Numbered from the stretch's first letter, positions 1 to 13,981 are shown. The stretch: DNA of 64,000 nt from Octopus vulgaris (GCA_951406725.2 OX597823.1:11036001-11100000); one strand, 5' to 3'. The notes: generated by a model not told the origin, from the sequence alone. Made by a program: numbers and translations.

Positions 1-164
1 GGGAGAGAGTGAAAGAAAGAGAGAGAAAGAAAGAGAGAAAGAGAGAGAAAGAAAGAAAGAGAGAGAAAGAGAGAGATGCAGATGACTATGGTACTTCGGT
101 TGAGGCACCAGAATTTAGTACGGTATTATCCATTCAATTTCAACGTAAGGTGATTAAAATCAAA

Positions 165-251
165 ATAATGTAATGATTGCATTGTTCAATTAAATGGAGT
201 TGCTTGAAACGATCGTAATGCATTACCTCTGGATATCCTTGTTGCTTATTA

Positions 252-252
<1 letters not shown>
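165..252 (+). ncRNA. Degenerate hammerhead-like motif in a short repeat remnant (same family as 23693-23815)
   Basis: GAAACGATCGTA (palindromic stem III + GUA) at ~206-217, then TATCCTTGTTGCTTA..TGAT and (TA)n as at 23765-23815. The CUGAUGA box has decayed to TAATGA. Confidence 0.45.
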
Positions 253-299
<47 letters not shown>

Positions 300-845
300 A
301 CGCGCGCTCACACATGCACACACACATACACTCACACACACACACACACAAACACACGCACACACACACACACACACACACATACGCACACACACACGTC
401 TGTTTATATAATGTAGCAGAGAATAGGTACGCATGTATGCATGGATGTGATTATGTTTATGTGACATTGTATCTGATTGACAGCCGATGTTGGATTGTTT
501 TACCCCATTACTTGACCCAATGTATTGAGTTCTTCTTCGCTCTGTTCGTGTTTTACCGTATACATAATCTCACAAATCCTCTATTAACAAAACCTATGTG
601 TGTGTGTGTATCCGGGCTTGTGTGTGTGGAGGGGCGTAATGCGTGCGTGTGGAGCATGAAAAAGATAGGAAAATTTGTGTATTCAAATAAAATATTTCCC
701 TGTGTGATGTTTGTTTCGTCACAGTTGCACAGACAATCCCTTTTCATTCTTTTCAATGGACCTGCCAAATTACATCGCTACAGTTCACGATATATAACAT
801 TAAACAAAAAAATTTCTAATTTTGCAACAAGAAAATCAATTTTGA

Positions 846-995
846 TGGGAGGAGGCCAGCCAATTACATTGAGCGCAGTGTTCAACTGGTGCTTATTCTA
901 TCGAACCTCAAAAAGATGAAAGGTAGAGTCGACCACAGGGGAATTTGAGTTCAGAACGTATTTTTCTTGACGATTTAACAATTCTGCCAGCTCGC
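846..995 (-). mobile_element. Old diverged copy of SINE family A (Meta-domain-like)
   Basis: GATGAAAGGTAGAGTCGACC...GGAATTTGAGTTCAGAACG matches the reverse complement of the family A core. Confidence 0.7.
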
Positions 996-1059
996 CATTC
1001 AGTGATGTTAACTAAAATAGATAATCCCACGCTTGCCGAACACCGACAGATTGCTGCTA

Positions 1060-1105
<46 letters not shown>

Positions 1106-1217
1106 AGCCATTGTTGCTGTCGTTGCTCCTGCTGTTTTTGCTGTTGTTGTTGTTTCTGCTGCTGTTGTTACAGTTATTTTTAAAAGTAAGGTGTGCGATG
1201 AGTTAAGGTGTTGAATT

Positions 1218-1568
1218 TGCGTGGCACCTTGGGCAAGTGTCTTCTGCTATAGCCCCGGGCCGACCAATGCCTTGTGAGTGGATTTGGTAGACGGAAACTG
1301 AAAGAAGCCTATTGTATATATATATATATATATATATAAGTGTGTGTGTATAAGTTTGTGTGTCTGTGTTTGTCCCCTGGCACTGCTTGACAACCGATGC
1401 TGGTGTGTTTACGTCCCCGTTACTTAGCGGTTCGGCAAAAAGAGACCGATAGAATAAGTACTGGGCTTACAAAAGAATAAGTCCCGGGGTCGATTTGCTC
1501 GACTAAAGGCGGTGCTCCAGCATGGCCGCAGTCAAATGACTGAAACAAGTAAAAGAGTAAAAAGAGAG
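1218..1568 (+). mobile_element. SINE family B (CORE-like centre, internal microsatellite, CR1-like tail), 5'-truncated
   Basis: ACCTTGGGCAAGTGTC core, internal (TA)/(TG) tract and tail GGCGGTGCTCCAGCATGGCCGCAG...(TAAAAGAG)n. Colinear with 28409-28830. Confidence 0.85.
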
Positions 1569-2347
1569 TAACTGTAATTGTAATTGTTGTTGATAACCCT
1601 AATCAACCAGACTTATGAGTAAAACAATTCCATGGCCATCCTACCTTTTTAGACCTCTCTAGGACTTAGCTTTCTTAAGACAACAGAGTGTTACGCGAGG
1701 AGAGTCGTTTTACCTAACGAGGGTCGCCACGAGACATTGATAACATTGACAATAGCTTAGTAACTTAACAACAGGGGCAACGTCTACACGCACGTCTGAT
1801 CTGCCGCACTTTGTCTAAATCACACCTCAGTATCTGAAAAGACGAATATACTGGATGATGTAGTCTTAGACACATTATCTAATATTTTTAGCATAGAATT
1901 ATCCTTTCTTTTCAGAAAGGGTGGCTAGATCGTGGCTGGAACGTCTTTGATTAAAGGAAAAGCAGTTAAATCTCCTCCAAAAAGCACCCTGTCCTAGAAT
2001 CGCTGCACACGGGAATAAGGAGGGGTTGTTACGGTTGAACTAAATGTGTTCGATCAAAGTTAACCGAGGATGGAGTGCACGATGGGTAGGGGTAGGGTAA
2101 ACAACAACAACAACTCCCAACAGAATCAAGTAAAACAATTTAGAAAAGGATAGTTATGTTGACGTAGATGATTTTCCTTGTAAAGTGACTTGACGCGCTT
2201 TTGAGGACATAAAGATTTACAGAACTCAAGCCTTATCTAAACCAGATGAGTAGAGGTGTCCCCATTAGGTTAGAAGCGTAACTGCATAACCACAAGAATA
2301 GGAGGAATAAAAAAAAAACAAAATATATCCACGGTATAAGTAAATTA

Positions 2348-2555
2348 TACAAGGCGGATACAAATGCTTAGCGGTATTTCGTCTGCGTTACGTTGTGAGT
2401 TCAAATTCCGCCGAGGTCGACTTTGCCTTTCATCCTTTCGGGGTCGATAAATTAAGTACCAGTTACGCACTGGGGTCGATGTAATCAACTTAATACCTAT
2501 GTCTGTCCTTGTTTGTCTCCTCTGTGTTTAGCCCCTTGTGGGTAATAAAGAAATA
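2348..2555 (+). mobile_element. SINE family A, young tail type
   Basis: B-box-like GAGTTCAAATTCC and core GCCTTTCATCCTTTCGGGGTCGATAAATTAAGTACCAG. 15-bp TSD GGTATAAGTAAATTA at 2333-2347 and 2556-2570. Confidence 0.9.
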
Positions 2556-2859
2556 GGTATAAGTAAATTAGCTCGCACATTATATAGGTAATGATTTTTA
2601 TTTTTTACTCTTTAGTCAGGGAGAGGTAGATTGTGTCCATAACACCTATTTTCCATCATGACATCCGAAACCGGTGCAAAGAAATGAGGAAAAAAATCAT
2701 CCTCAAGACAGACATGACCCGATTGCTGCAACGGAGTAAACTCCACAAAAGATAATCAAGGTGCCGGGTGGTGGTATTAAACCAAGTCTATGCATTCTAG
2801 AACTCAAAACGCAAATAGCGGAATTAATAGCACTTTTTACCTCTAATATTGGCATAAAT

Positions 2860-3295
2860 TAAGGCGGGGAGCTGGCAGAATTGTTACCGCACCGGGCAAA
2901 ATGCTCAACAGCATTTCGCCTGTCTCTATGTTCTGAGTTCAAGTTCCAACGAAGTCGACTTTGCTTTCATTTTTCCGGGTTCGATAAGATAAGTACCAGT
3001 TGAGCACTCGGGTCGATGTAATCGTCTTAGTCCCTTCCTCGAAATTGCTGGCCTTGTGTCAAAATTTGAAACTAATATTGGCACAAATTAAGACGGTGAA
3101 CTGGTAAAGTCGTTACCGCGCTGGGCGAAATGCCTAACAACATTTCGTCTGTCAACGGTCTGAGTTCAAATTCCGCCGACGTTGACTTTGCCTTTCGAGG
3201 TCGATAAAAAAAGTACCAGTTGAACACTGGGGATTGATGTAATCGACCTGTCCCCTTCCTCGAAAATGTTTGCCTTGTACCAAAATTTACAACTA
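2860..3295 (+). mobile_element. Two tandem SINE family A copies, old tail type
   Basis: Two head-body-tail units separated and flanked by CTAATATTGGCA(T/C)AAATT (~2842, ~3072, ~3292). Confidence 0.85.
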
Positions 3296-3576
3296 ATATT
3301 GGCACAAATTTTGTAGAGAAGGTATAATCGACAAAATGGCTCCTTGTAGTCGGCTGGTACTTCATTTTAGCAACCTAGGGCAGAAGAAAGGCCAAGTTTA
3401 CCTCGGCAAAGTATGTTCCTACAACCAAATATTCATGCAAAAACAAAAAAAAAGAGACTGTAGTTTAAATAAACGCCGACTATCTTCAAGTTATCTAATT
3501 TGTTTTTTCTTCATTTTTTTCAGTCAAAATCGTGTTAATTAAATTCGACTTTTGACATTTTGTCCTTCCAAATATT

Positions 3577-4564
3577 CTTTTCTACTTTAGGCACAAGGCC
3601 CGAAATTTTGGGGGGAGGGGGCAGTCGATCAAATTGACCTCAGTACGCAACTAGTACTTAATTTATCGACCCCCGAATGGATGAATAACAAAGTCGATTT
3701 CGGCGGAATTTGAACTCAGCACTAAAGACAGACGAAATACCTATTTTTTTACTAGCCACAGGGGGCTAAACACAGAAGGGATAAATAAGGACAGACAAAC
3801 GGATTAAGTCGATTACATCGACCCCAGTGCGTAACTGGTACTTAATTTATCGACCCCGAAAGTATGAAAGGCAAAGTCGACCTCGGCGGAATTTGAACTC
3901 AGAACGTAACGGCAGACGAAATACCACTAAGCGTTTCGCCCGGCGTGCTAATGTTTCTTATTTTTTCATTGCCCACAAGGGGCTAAACATAGAGGGGACA
4001 AACAAGGACAGACAAACGGATTAAGTCGATTATATCGACCCCATTGCGTAACTGGTACTTATTTGATCGACCCCGGAAGGATGAAAGGCAAAGTTGACCT
4101 CGGCGGAATTTGAACTCAGAACGTAGCAGCAGACGAAATACCTATTTCTTTACTACCCACAAGGGGCTAAACACAGAGAGGACAAACAAGGACAGACAAA
4201 CGGATTAAGTCGATTATATAGACCCCAGTGCGTAACTGGTACTTATTTAATCGACCCCGAAAGGATGAAAGGCAAAGTCGACCTCAGTGGAATTTGAACT
4301 CAGGATATAACGGCAGACGAAATACCTATTTCTATTTCTTTACTACCCACAAGGGGCTAAACACAGAGAGGACAAACAAGGACAGACAAACGGATTAAGT
4401 CGATTATATAGACCCCAGTGCGTAACTGGTACTTATTTAATCGACCCCGAAAGGATGAAAGGCAAAGTCGATCTCGGCGGAATTTGAACTCAGAACGTAG
4501 CGACAGACGAAATACTGCTGAGCATTTCACCTGGCGTGCTTAACATTTCTGCCAGCTCGCCGCC
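3577..4564 (-). mobile_element. Five-unit concatemer of SINE family A inside one TSD pair
   Basis: Five core repeats and only one complete head. Flanked by TTTGTCCTTC(C/T)AAATATT at 3559-3576 and 4565-4582. Confidence 0.9.
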
Positions 4565-5383
4565 TTTGTCCTTCTAAATATTGAAAATTGTTACCAGTAA
4601 TAACTCAGAGTTAATCAACCAACTGTTGTATTATTTGTCAACAACATTTTTTCTGAAATGATTTTTTTTCATTATGTTTTCTTCTTTATATTTCCTGAAG
4701 AAGAAGACAAAAATTTCCTTTTAAGCTTTAAACACATCCCTTTGAAAAGAAATATTTGTGATGTATGTATCAACTCAATCTCTGGGTTTTTTTTTCTCTT
4801 GGCAGGTTTAATTAACATCATAGTATTTTTGACAATGTTATTTTATAAAAATTTCTCTCATATCTTTTAAGACTCGTACATAAATCAGTCCCTTATGAGT
4901 AAACCGAAATTCTTTCATCTTCAATTTTTTCAGTTCCTCATCTATTTCAACTTCACTATTTTTCTTTCTCCTATATTTTCTGTTTCATCAAAGGAACTAT
5001 TCTTTTCAAGTGTTTCACTGTCTATTTATATTTTCCTTCAGAAGGGAGCTTTTTTTTTCTAATAGAAGTTTTCTTTTATTTTTTCCGAAAGCCTTGGTGT
5101 AAAGAGCCAAGCAACACATCATAGATTTCAGAATTACAAGAAATTAAAAATTCCTAGAACTCTTACATTATAAAACAGATTTATAGCAGGTAAAATCTTG
5201 GAAATTTGTTCTACTTACTTCAAATATCATTATAAAAAAACCTTTAATGTGTATGTTCTAGTACTATTAAAATCTAATAACAATTTACTGTTTTTGTGTT
5301 TTACTTTAATGACGCGCATCAAGAATATTTGATATACGTTAAGAATGAACCAAACCTGTGCTCCTATGCGTTTGGATTTTACA

Positions 5384-5781
5384 TCTTTATATATAAAAGA
5401 GAGGTTGTGTGCTGTCTGTCTCCTACGATTTAGATTCTTAACTACTCCCACATTTTGCGATGCAGTTTAACCAAAACCGGGTATCTTATAGTCGTGATTC
5501 ATATCGAGCCCTTCTGGGTATTAGCGTGCGTCTACGATGAGTCTACGATTTAAAAAAAAAATTACCATCAATTTTTCCCATCTTTAATGCATTTTTGGCA
5601 TATATAAGAGAAGTAACTCTCAAAAAATTTATTATTAAATCTCAGAACGTAAAAAGCTACAGTAACACCCCCCCCCTTTGTTGTTAGCCATATTGAGATG
5701 GCTATAATACTTTACATCTCTAAAAATGCTTATATAGTTATTTCCCTTACAAACCCGAGCAACGCCGGGTGATACTGCTAG
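5384..5781 (+). mobile_element. Non-autonomous Helitron
   Basis: 5' TC, subterminal hairpin CCCGAGCAACGCCGGG and 3' CTAG, inserted between A and T with no TSD. Homologues at 22255, 22650, 39140 and 62419. Confidence 0.85.
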
Positions 5782-6046
5782 TTTCATATAAGACTTGAAC
5801 AGCTTCAATCAATTGACGGTATCCAGGCAATTAGATAAAATTCCATGTAGGAGCTATGCATGTGGTCAGTTTACTGCTTATGAAGCGCAAAAGCACACTG
5901 AAATCACTAGATACAGTCATTACACTATTTCTCGTCTGCTACTGATATTTCTGTGTTTATATCCACATGACGTCTAACCGGGAGGCGTTCTTAAGACGAT
6001 TTCTGTAGTTTTACGGCTTTCTCAAAATACATCCTCATTAAATAGG

Positions 6047-6080
<34 letters not shown>

Positions 6081-6104
6081 ACATACATACCTACCTACCT
6101 ACCT

Positions 6105-6433
6105 GAGACCCCCTTCGGTCACAACATAGACCATGTGATTGCATCTAGAAAGTTACCCTCCAAGGCACAAGTCCGGGCAAGGTTGTTTTTTATGGAAGAC
6201 CAGCAGTCGCCCATGCATGCCGGCCTTACCTCTCCACGCCACCAGTGTCATCCGGGGGCCAATACAGCTTGGCACCTGTGACGTCGCAACTCATTTCTAC
6301 AGCTGAGTGAACTGGAGCAACGGGAAAATAAAGTGTCTTTCCCAAGAACACATCACACAGCCCGGTCCGGGATTCGAGCTCGCAACCTCACGTACGTAAG
6401 CTCGATGCTCTAACCACTGAGACATGCTCCTTC

Positions 6434-6435
<2 letters not shown>
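6105..6435 (-). mobile_element. tRNA-derived SINE family D (V/CORE-like central domain)
   Basis: Minus strand has an A-box-like TGTCTCAGTGG and B-box-like GCTCGAATCC, then GTGTTCTTGGGAAAGACACT...CACTCAGCTGTAGAAATG. Confidence 0.7.
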
Positions 6436-7264
<829 letters not shown>

Positions 7265-7450
7265 ACTTATATTTCAAAGGGTCGGGCCTTGGCACTTTCT
7301 GTGTCATGCAGAATCTCCCTGAGGACTATGTTAAGGGTACGCGTGTTTGTGGACTGCTCAGCCATTTGCACGTTAATTTCTCGAGCAGGCTGTTCCGATG
7401 ATCGATCGGATCAACTGGAATCCTTGTCGTCGTAACCGACGTAGTGCCAC
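7265..7450 (+). mobile_element. 3' half of an older SINE family C copy
   Basis: Colinear with 7655-7835. Confidence 0.85.
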
Positions 7451-7454
7451 GATA

Positions 7455-7841
7455 GGAGGCGCAATGGCCCAGTGGTTAGGGCAACGGACTCGCGGTCATA
7501 GGATCGCGGTTTCGATTCCCAGACCGGGCGTTGTGAGTGTTTGTTGAGCGAAAACACCTAAAAGCTCCACGAGGCTCCGGCAGGGGATGGTGGTGATCCC
7601 TGCTGTACTCTTTCACCACAACTTTCTCTCACTCTTACTTCCTGTTTCTGTTGTACCTGTATTTCAAAGGGCCGGCCTTGTCACTCTCTGTGTCACGCTG
7701 AATATCCCCGAGAACTACGTTAAGGGTACACGTGTCTGTGGAGTGCTCAGCCACTTGCACGTTAATTTCACGAGCAGGCTGTTCCGTTGATTCGGATCAA
7801 CCGGAACCCTCGTCGTCGTAACCGACGGAGTGCTTCCATCC
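7455..7841 (+). mobile_element. Full-length tRNA(Arg)-like SINE family C (possibly octopus OR-type)
   Basis: A box TGGCCCAGTGG and B box GTTTCGATTCC. 12-bp TSD AGTGCCACGATA at 7443-7454 and 7842-7853. Confidence 0.9.
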
Positions 7842-8457
7842 AGTGCCACGATATATATATGTATGTGTGTGGGGGGATGTGTGTGATATGTGTATGTATA
7901 CAAACACGCACGCACACACACAGAGTTTTGCACTGTAAGAATTCCGCTAAAAGTGGAATACTCAGTCACCTAGAGCCTCATTCAATGAGCAGGTAGTCAA
8001 ATTTGTCGTCGTCAAAACCGGAAAAGATCTACAGGTTTCAGTCAAGTGACGGCAGTGAAACTAAAGTTCCTCCTTCAATGCTGCAGTCGAACGAGTCTAG
8101 CATTTCTTTTTAAATCTGCTACGGATTTCCTTCCCAATCTCTCTTTGTCGTACCGTTCTATTACGAGACATAAGGTCTCACCCAAGGGTGAGAAGAAGGG
8201 CAAAACGTGCCTTGCGGTTGGGATGATATTCGTCCCGCCCCGTGATATATTATATTTTCAACACCAGATATATCTATGGAGAGATTATCTTTCAGGGATG
8301 GAGGAAGAAAAACAAAAACAAAAGCGTTGTGTCTGTCAAGGATACACTTCTGTTAAGTATGATACGCAGATGGCGTTAATAATTTAATAATGTTCCAATT
8401 GCCCACATCAATTAGGTGTATGTGTGTGTGTACACGCGCGAACGCGTATGTTGTATG

Positions 8458-8515
<58 letters not shown>

Positions 8516-9218
8516 TATGAGCAAAAACATTCGAGTGTTTTTGCTCATAGATATTTTGCTGGTTTTTGGGCGCAAAACAAGCCAGAGCGCTGATGGATTT
8601 ATAACGTGGCGAATTTGAAATTTTTTGCGCAGTAACTCATACTAAGCAAGGTTAAGGCCCTCGGGTCAACATCCCAAACCATGGTATATGAGTATCTGAA
8701 TGGCATAATCTTAATAGGTATACTTTTTAATTCCTTGTCCGTTTCCACGCATAATGTTATTTTCTATTATTTTGCTGCATTCTGGCGGTTGAATTGAGAC
8801 TTTAGCTCTCATTTCTAGATAGGTTGTTAAGTTGATGCTCACTACATCCTCAAGGCTTCGTGCTAAATATATATGTGTGTGTGTGTGTGTGTGTATTAAT
8901 GATTTGTAGGTACGTGGTATTTTGTTATGCAGCCATAATATGCTATAAAGCATATTAAATGGTCTTACAAGTCAACCACACGTTCTACTGCGTTTTCAGT
9001 GCTTATTACATTATTTTGTTAAGGTTATTTCAACAGATATTCTGCTAGCTATTAGAAGTTCTATAGAATATCTGTAGAAATAATCTAACTAAATAAAGAT
9101 ATATGTTTAACATCCAACATATATCTTTATATTTATTGTTACATTTCCCTTTATACTTTCCAAAATAACTTCTTTATATTGAACTCTACAATTTCCTTCT
9201 ATTTAACTCTCTTATATC

Positions 9219-10062
9219 TATTTCTTTACTACCCACAAGAGGCTAAACACAGAGGGGACAAACAAGGACAGACAAAGGAATTAAGTCGATTACATCGACC
9301 CCAGTGCCTAACTGGTACTTAATTTATCGACCTCGAATGGATGAAAGGCAAAGTCGACCTCGACGGAATTTGAACTCAGAACGTAACGGCAGACGAATTA
9401 CGGCTACGCATTTCGCCCGGCGTGCTAACGTTTCTGCTAGCTCGCCGCCTTTACTCTCTTATATCGTCTCTGATGATGGGATATCTTCTTTACTCGCCTT
9501 TACTCTCTTATATCGTCTCTGATGATGGGATATCTTCTACTACCCACAAGAGGTTAAACACAGAGGGGACAAACAAGGACAGACAAAGGGATTAAGTCGA
9601 TTACATCGACCCCAGTGCATAACTGGTACTTAATTTATCGACCTCGAATGGATGAAAGGCAAAGTCGACCTCGACGGAATTTGAACTCAGAACGTAACGG
9701 CAGACGAATTACGGCTACGCATTTCGCCCGGCGTGCTAACGTTTCTGCTAGCTCGCCGCCTTTACTCTCTTATATCGTCTCTGATGATGGGATATCTTCT
9801 ACTACCCACAAGAGGTTAAACACAGAGGGGACAAACAAGGACAGACAAAGGAATTAAGTCGATTACATCGACCTCAGTGCATAACTGGTACTTAATTTAT
9901 CGACCTCGAATGGATGAAAGGCAAAGTCGACCTCGACGGAATTTGAACTCAGAACGTAACGGCAGACGAATTACGGCTACGCATTTCGCCCGGCGTGCTA
10001 ACGTTTCTGCTAGCTCGCCGCCTTTACTCTCTTATATCGTCTCTGATGATGGGATATCTTCT
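9219..10062 (-). repeat. Tandem triplication of a family A SINE plus its flank (unit ~262 bp)
   Basis: Three copies share private substitutions. Original TSD ACTCTCTTATATC at 9206-9218 and 9453-9465. Confidence 0.9.
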
Positions 10063-10086
10063 ATATCCCTCAAACAGCCCTAAGAC
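10039..10086 (+). ncRNA. Degenerate type I hammerhead ribozyme
   Basis: GTCT-CTGATGA-T-GGGATAT cttct ATATCCC-T-CAAA-CAGCCCT-A-AGAC. Stem I (GTCT/AGAC) and a 7-bp stem II are intact, while GAAA and stem III are mutated. Confidence 0.6.
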
Positions 10087-10288
10087 TACCCTTCTTTTTA
10101 TAAAATGTCCTACAAATTTCACACTGTCTTGGCTTCGTTGCTTGATTTTATTTAACCTGTACACCATCTCTCACACGACCCGCGTTAGACTCCTCACTCA
10201 TACAGTTATCGAACCGGGAGTCTAACAGCGGTGCTGCCGTAGCACTTACATAGCCTTACTTATCTTTTGGATCTTCTGGATGCCAAAA

Positions 10289-10327
<39 letters not shown>

Positions 10328-10674
10328 ATCATCGCTTATGTATGTCACGTGATATCGGAATTCTGACATCCATGACAGAAGATTTTTCTTTGTTACGATG
10401 TATGTGTGCGCTTTTATCCAAGCGCCTATATGAGACGATCTTTCAGAGCTAAAAGCGCAGTATTCAGCATTTTATCAAGACATCTATCTTAAATTTGATA
10501 TAAAGATTACCTTTTGTTGTTAATGCTGCCTCCGTTGCGAATAGCACACACAAATACACACATAACACACACACACACACACACACACACAACACACACA
10601 CACATATGGGATTCATGAATAATTCATGAGCGTCTTTTTTTCAAATTTATTTTAAACCAAAATACTACAACAAA

Positions 10675-11984
10675 TTAACCAATCGTATACTTTCCGTTGT
10701 TGTTTAAAACTTCCTCCCATCGTTCAATAAGTTTTTCGATGCCTCGGCAGTAGAAATCTCCCGGTCTTGACTCAAAGAATTTGTCCAACCAAGCCCTCAG
10801 TTCCACGTCATTTTTGAACGATACACCGCGTAAAGCGTTCGAAAGCGGTTGAATGAGATGAAAATCTGACGACACCAATCTGGAGAGTATGGAGGATGAG
10901 GCAGTACTTTCCATTCGAGTTCTTGAATTGCGGCTGTGGTGATATTGGTGATGTGAAGACGGACGTTGACATGTTGCAGAAGAGAGCCGTTTTGCCTATT
11001 CGGTCTTTTTTGCTGAACTGCTTCGTTGAGTCGGTGCAGTTGTTGAACGTAGAGCTCCACATTAAGTGTTTTGTTACGCTCAAGCAATTCCTAATAAATT
11101 ATGCCTTCCCAGTCCCACAGTACACTCAACATGGTCTTTCGGGAATGAAGGTCTTGTTTTGCTCGAGGAGTCGCTTGTTTGTCGTGGGTGAGCCATTCTT
11201 TTCGCTGATTCATATTGACGTAAAAGCACCACTTTCCATCGCCAGTGACAATGCAGTACAGGAAACATTGTTTCTGACCATGTGTTGAGCGATGTCAAGC
11301 GAGCAAACTGGCGGCGATTGTGGAGCGTTGATTTTTATTGTTTCGGCTCAGTGTGGGTGGCACCCAAGCGCCATGTTTCCGGACCTTGTCCATTGAGGTG
11401 GTTCACTTTTGCTGTTTTTTTCTCTTTTTTTTTTTTCTTATCACAATCCTTCTACTCCGCCAATTCTCTGATCGTTTAACGTGGAGTTTCGTGAAGAAGT
11501 TGATTCAATCGCTCTTCATCGAACTCAGTTGGTCGACCGGTGTGAGATCCTTCCTTGAGGTTAAAATTCCCATTTTTGAAGTGCGAAAACCAATAGTGGG
11601 CGGTACTTTGAGGTATTTAAGGCGGCGAGCTGGCAGAATCGTTAGCACGCCGGGCGAAATGCTTAGCAGTATTTCGTCTGCCGCTACGTTCTGAGTTCAA
11701 ATTCCACCGAGGTCGACTTTGCCTTTCATCCTTTCGGGGCCGATTAAATAAGTACCAGTTACGCACTGGGGTCGATGTAATCGACTTAATCCGTGTGTCC
11801 GTCTTTGTTTGTCCCCTCTGTGTTTGGCCCCTTGTGGGTAGTAAAGAAATAGGTACTTTGAGGTATTGCACTTTCTCTATACACAGCACAAATCTCACGA
11901 ACAGCTTCAGCGACCTTAAAACCTCGATCAAATGCAAAAAGCAAATGGTGTCGAAAATGCAGCTTTGTCCGCTTGACATTCCAT
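10675..11984 (-). pseudogene. Mariner transposase pseudogene
   Basis: Fragments in several frames: HFRHHLLFAFDRG..AEAVREICAVY (HTH), VLPHPPYSPD, SDFHL and GIEKLIERWEEVLNNNGKY. Multiple frameshifts and a SINE interruption. Confidence 0.92.
11618..11851 (+). mobile_element. Full-length SINE family A nested in the mariner
   Basis: 16-bp TSD GGTACTTTGAGGTATT at 11602-11617 and 11852-11867. Confidence 0.93.
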
Positions 11985-12136
11985 TTTAATGATCTGAAAA
12001 TACACAAAATTCAATAAAATTTTAAAAATCAAAACGCACTATTTTGTAGAGCAAAATATGCTCTTTTGCCAATGTGTCTATTTCTTCGTACATTTTTAAA
12101 TTTCAAAGAAACGCTCATGAATTATTCCTCGACCTA

Positions 12137-12312
<176 letters not shown>

Positions 12313-13981
12313 ATGGCGCTGAACTAACAACAAGTGTGTTAACGTGTCTCTCCTAAATATTAAAGAAGTCCTTCCAGAGATCGATGTTATCAGAAGCGAA
12401 ATTGTCTGCAAAGCGAATATAAGTGATAGTACAACAAGTCACTGTATTTGAGAAGAATATTTTCGCTTTTGATGTAGTATTTGCAACTAGAACATACTCG
12501 CGTGTTAAAACGCACGTGTGTTACTTCCCGAAATCGAAGTGAATTTTATTCTTCGTCTGTGAATCAACAAGACACAGGATATTTTCGTTTTTGATGTATA
12601 TCTGCGTGTCCTGAAAAAAGCCTCTGAAAAATTTGCTGCTTAATACCAAATCGCTTAGGAAAATATAGAAAGTATCGTGAAACTGTTGCATGTGCTAAAT
12701 CGAAACTCAAACCCCTTTTGTTTACAAAGTGCGCTTGGGGAGGAATATAAAAGGTCTGTCTTGTCTATCTATCTTCCTTTCTTATAAAAAGGAATCACGT
12801 AAGTACTCTCTGTCAGCCGGTAAGGTAAGATATTATTTATCTTGTTATCATTAGTGTTCTTTCAAACAGAAAATAATTAAAAAAACAAAAAAGATATAAA
12901 AATATAAAAATACGCGGTATTCTATCTTTATAATCTTTATAATTTCGTGCCTGCCACGCACTCTCTCTTTCTCTTTTTTACATTTCTATTTCTATCTCTC
13001 TCATACATTTTTATTATTTGTTATCATTAGTGTTCTTTCAAACAGAAAATAATAATTAAAAAGATATAAAAATACGCGCTATTCTATCTTTATAATCTCT
13101 CCCTCTCTTTCTTACATTTCTATTTCTATCTCTCTCATACTGTTTATACCTTATCTGTCTCCCCATCCACCAGACCCTCTATTTCCGCTCTCACTCTCCC
13201 CTCCTCCCTCTCTCTCCCTCTGCAATCGTTTCTCTTTCTGCCTCTCTCTCAGATCAACTTTCTCTCACCTCACCCCCTCTCTCAGTTCCTCAACTTCACT
13301 CATTCTCTCTTGTATCTATATACCGCCCTCTTTCTCTCTCTCTCTCTCTCTGTTACTCCCCCTCCCTCTCTTTGCCTCTTTCCTCTCCGCTCCTTCACAG
13401 GTCAAACCCCTTTTCCTCTTCCCCTTCTGTCCCCTTATTTCTTTCTCTACACCACCCTCCCTGTCCCTTTACTACACTTTGTTGCGCCCCCTCTCTTCCT
13501 CTTCCCCCTTTTTCTTCCTACCTTTCCTCTCCCTGTTCCCTCTAAGGCTCACCACCCCCCTGTCTCTTTTTTCCTCTCTCTGTCTCCTTCCTCCACACCA
13601 CCCTCTCTGTCCCTTTACTTCACTCCCTGGTACCTCTATCCTGCCCTCTCTCTCTCTCCCTCTCCATTTCATCTCTCTCTTCCTCTCCATTTTATCTCTC
13701 CGCCTTTCTTCTCCCTGCCCCCCCTAGGGTCCACCCTCTTGTCTCACTTTTCCACCCTGTCCCTTTCTACTACACCTCTATCCCGCTCACTCTCCCCCTG
13801 CTGACCTGCCATTCTCTCACCTTTCTCTTTTTTCCCTCTTATTTTCTCTCTTTCTCTCTTCTCTCAGGAAAATCCCCTCGTCTCTCTCTCTATCCCCCCT
13901 GGCTTTTCTCCTTTCTCTTCTCCCTCTCCATATCTCTCCTTCTCTATCTCTCTCTCTGTTCCTATATTTCACTAGAAGAAA

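Noticed and set aside
2660-2682. CCGAAACCGGTG palindromic stem III-like motif
   Set aside because: No upstream CUGANGA box, and G at the cleavage position.
3577-4564. Repeat-spacer appearance (also 9219-10062 and 55379-55580) suggesting CRISPR
   Set aside because: Units are SINE bodies or microsatellite-separated duplications in a eukaryotic context. No unique spacers or cas genes.
7455-7530. tRNA-Arg-like sequence (also 20201, 36765, 6980)
   Set aside because: These are SINE heads: multi-copy, fused to a body and tail, some with TSDs, and with no proper acceptor stem.
13310-13804. 164-aa L/S/P/F-rich ORF (similar case at 52821-53576)
   Set aside because: A by-product of polypyrimidine composition.
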